DNA from: a virus
Lineage: Duplodnaviria > Caudoviricetes
DNA: 34,289 nt
IMG/VR virus record: IMGVR_UViG_3300046778_000122
Span: 1 to 34,289 of that record
Reading direction: 5' to 3' (one strand)
Both the position numbers and the translations under genes were made by a program. The notes below the pieces were generated by a model, which made no database searches, was not told where the DNA came from, and was given only the letters and a program-made list of their open reading frames with translations. Shown here in pieces: positions 33,962-34,289 of the stretch. Each line of letters begins with the position of its first letter. The stretch's first letter is position 1.

Positions 33962-34289
33962 TGAAAAAACTGATTTTATTTTTACTCACGATTTCAGCAT
34001 TCGGTCAAAACCCTACTAATTTTCCTTACGGGATTAAGAACACGGCAGCGGCAACAAATGGCACACCGACGTATATTGTTACCTCGGAGGTTGATGGCGT
34101 TCATAAAAAAACACCAGCCTCATTGTTTGCGAAAACAGCCGAGGTAATTCATAATAACGGAACAGCTGAAACAAAAATAGGAGGATTGACAATTGGGAAA
34201 GACTTAAAAATCACCAATGATAAATGGATTGCTTTTGGAACTTCTGTGACTGACTTAGATAAGTACACAGTTCCAGCAGCTAAAATGAT
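33961..34289 (+). CDS. 5' part of the tail fibre/SGNH ORF (continues through 1-2057)
   Basis: MKKLILFLLTISAFGQNPTNFPYG...GGLTIGKDLK is open through the terminal repeat. Confidence 0.85.
   Translation, partial: MKKLILFLLTISAFGQNPTNFPYGIKNTAAATNGTPTYIVTSEVDGVHKKTPASLFAKTAEVIHNNGTAETKIGGLTIGKDLKITNDKWIAFGTSVTDLDKYTVPAAKM
34163..34289. repeat. Terminal direct repeat copy 2
   Basis: Identical to 1-127. Confidence 0.95.

Noticed and set aside
34163-34289. 127-bp terminal repeat as a biological DTR or attL/attR
   Set aside because: Its length equals a standard assembler k-mer and it lies mid-ORF; it shows only circular or permuted assembly.
1-34289. Stop-codon recoding, tRNA or rRNA genes
   Set aside because: Standard code 11 gives dense full-length ORFs; no cloverleaf or rRNA-like segment was recognised by eye.

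Overview
A complete, circularly permuted ~34.2 kb tailed-phage genome. The first 127 bp repeat exactly at 34163-34289, giving a 34,162 bp unit. It is AT-rich, with TAnnTTTG promoters and an N-terminal Gln signal peptide pointing to a Bacteroidota (probably Flavobacteriaceae) host; the tape measure and tail tube without an obvious sheath suggest a siphovirus. Modules: SGNH-esterase tail fibre (spanning the window ends), lysis (2.2-4.3 kb), two divergent accessory arms (4.2-10.8 kb on -, 10.9-13.6 kb on +), replication (SSB-like, primase-SF3 helicase, SF2 helicase-VRR-NUC), terminases and virion genes in an unusual order. Main finding: both accessory arms are integron-like cassette arrays, with 9 full and 3 half attC-like hairpin sites (TAAC...GTTA, 90-137 bp) and a hairpin-less terminal site. 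Each cassette has its own complementary ends, stop codons lie in TAAC, four genes start inside the hairpin loop with GTT in frame, and one stem mismatch position is invariant. No tyrosine integrase is encoded; a serine recombinase ends inside a site. Other candidates: a T4 gene-32-like pseudoknot before the SSB-like gene, two kissing-loop leaders, an autonomous two-gene cassette and a slippery-site frameshift. All calls were made by eye without database searches, so novelty is unverified.
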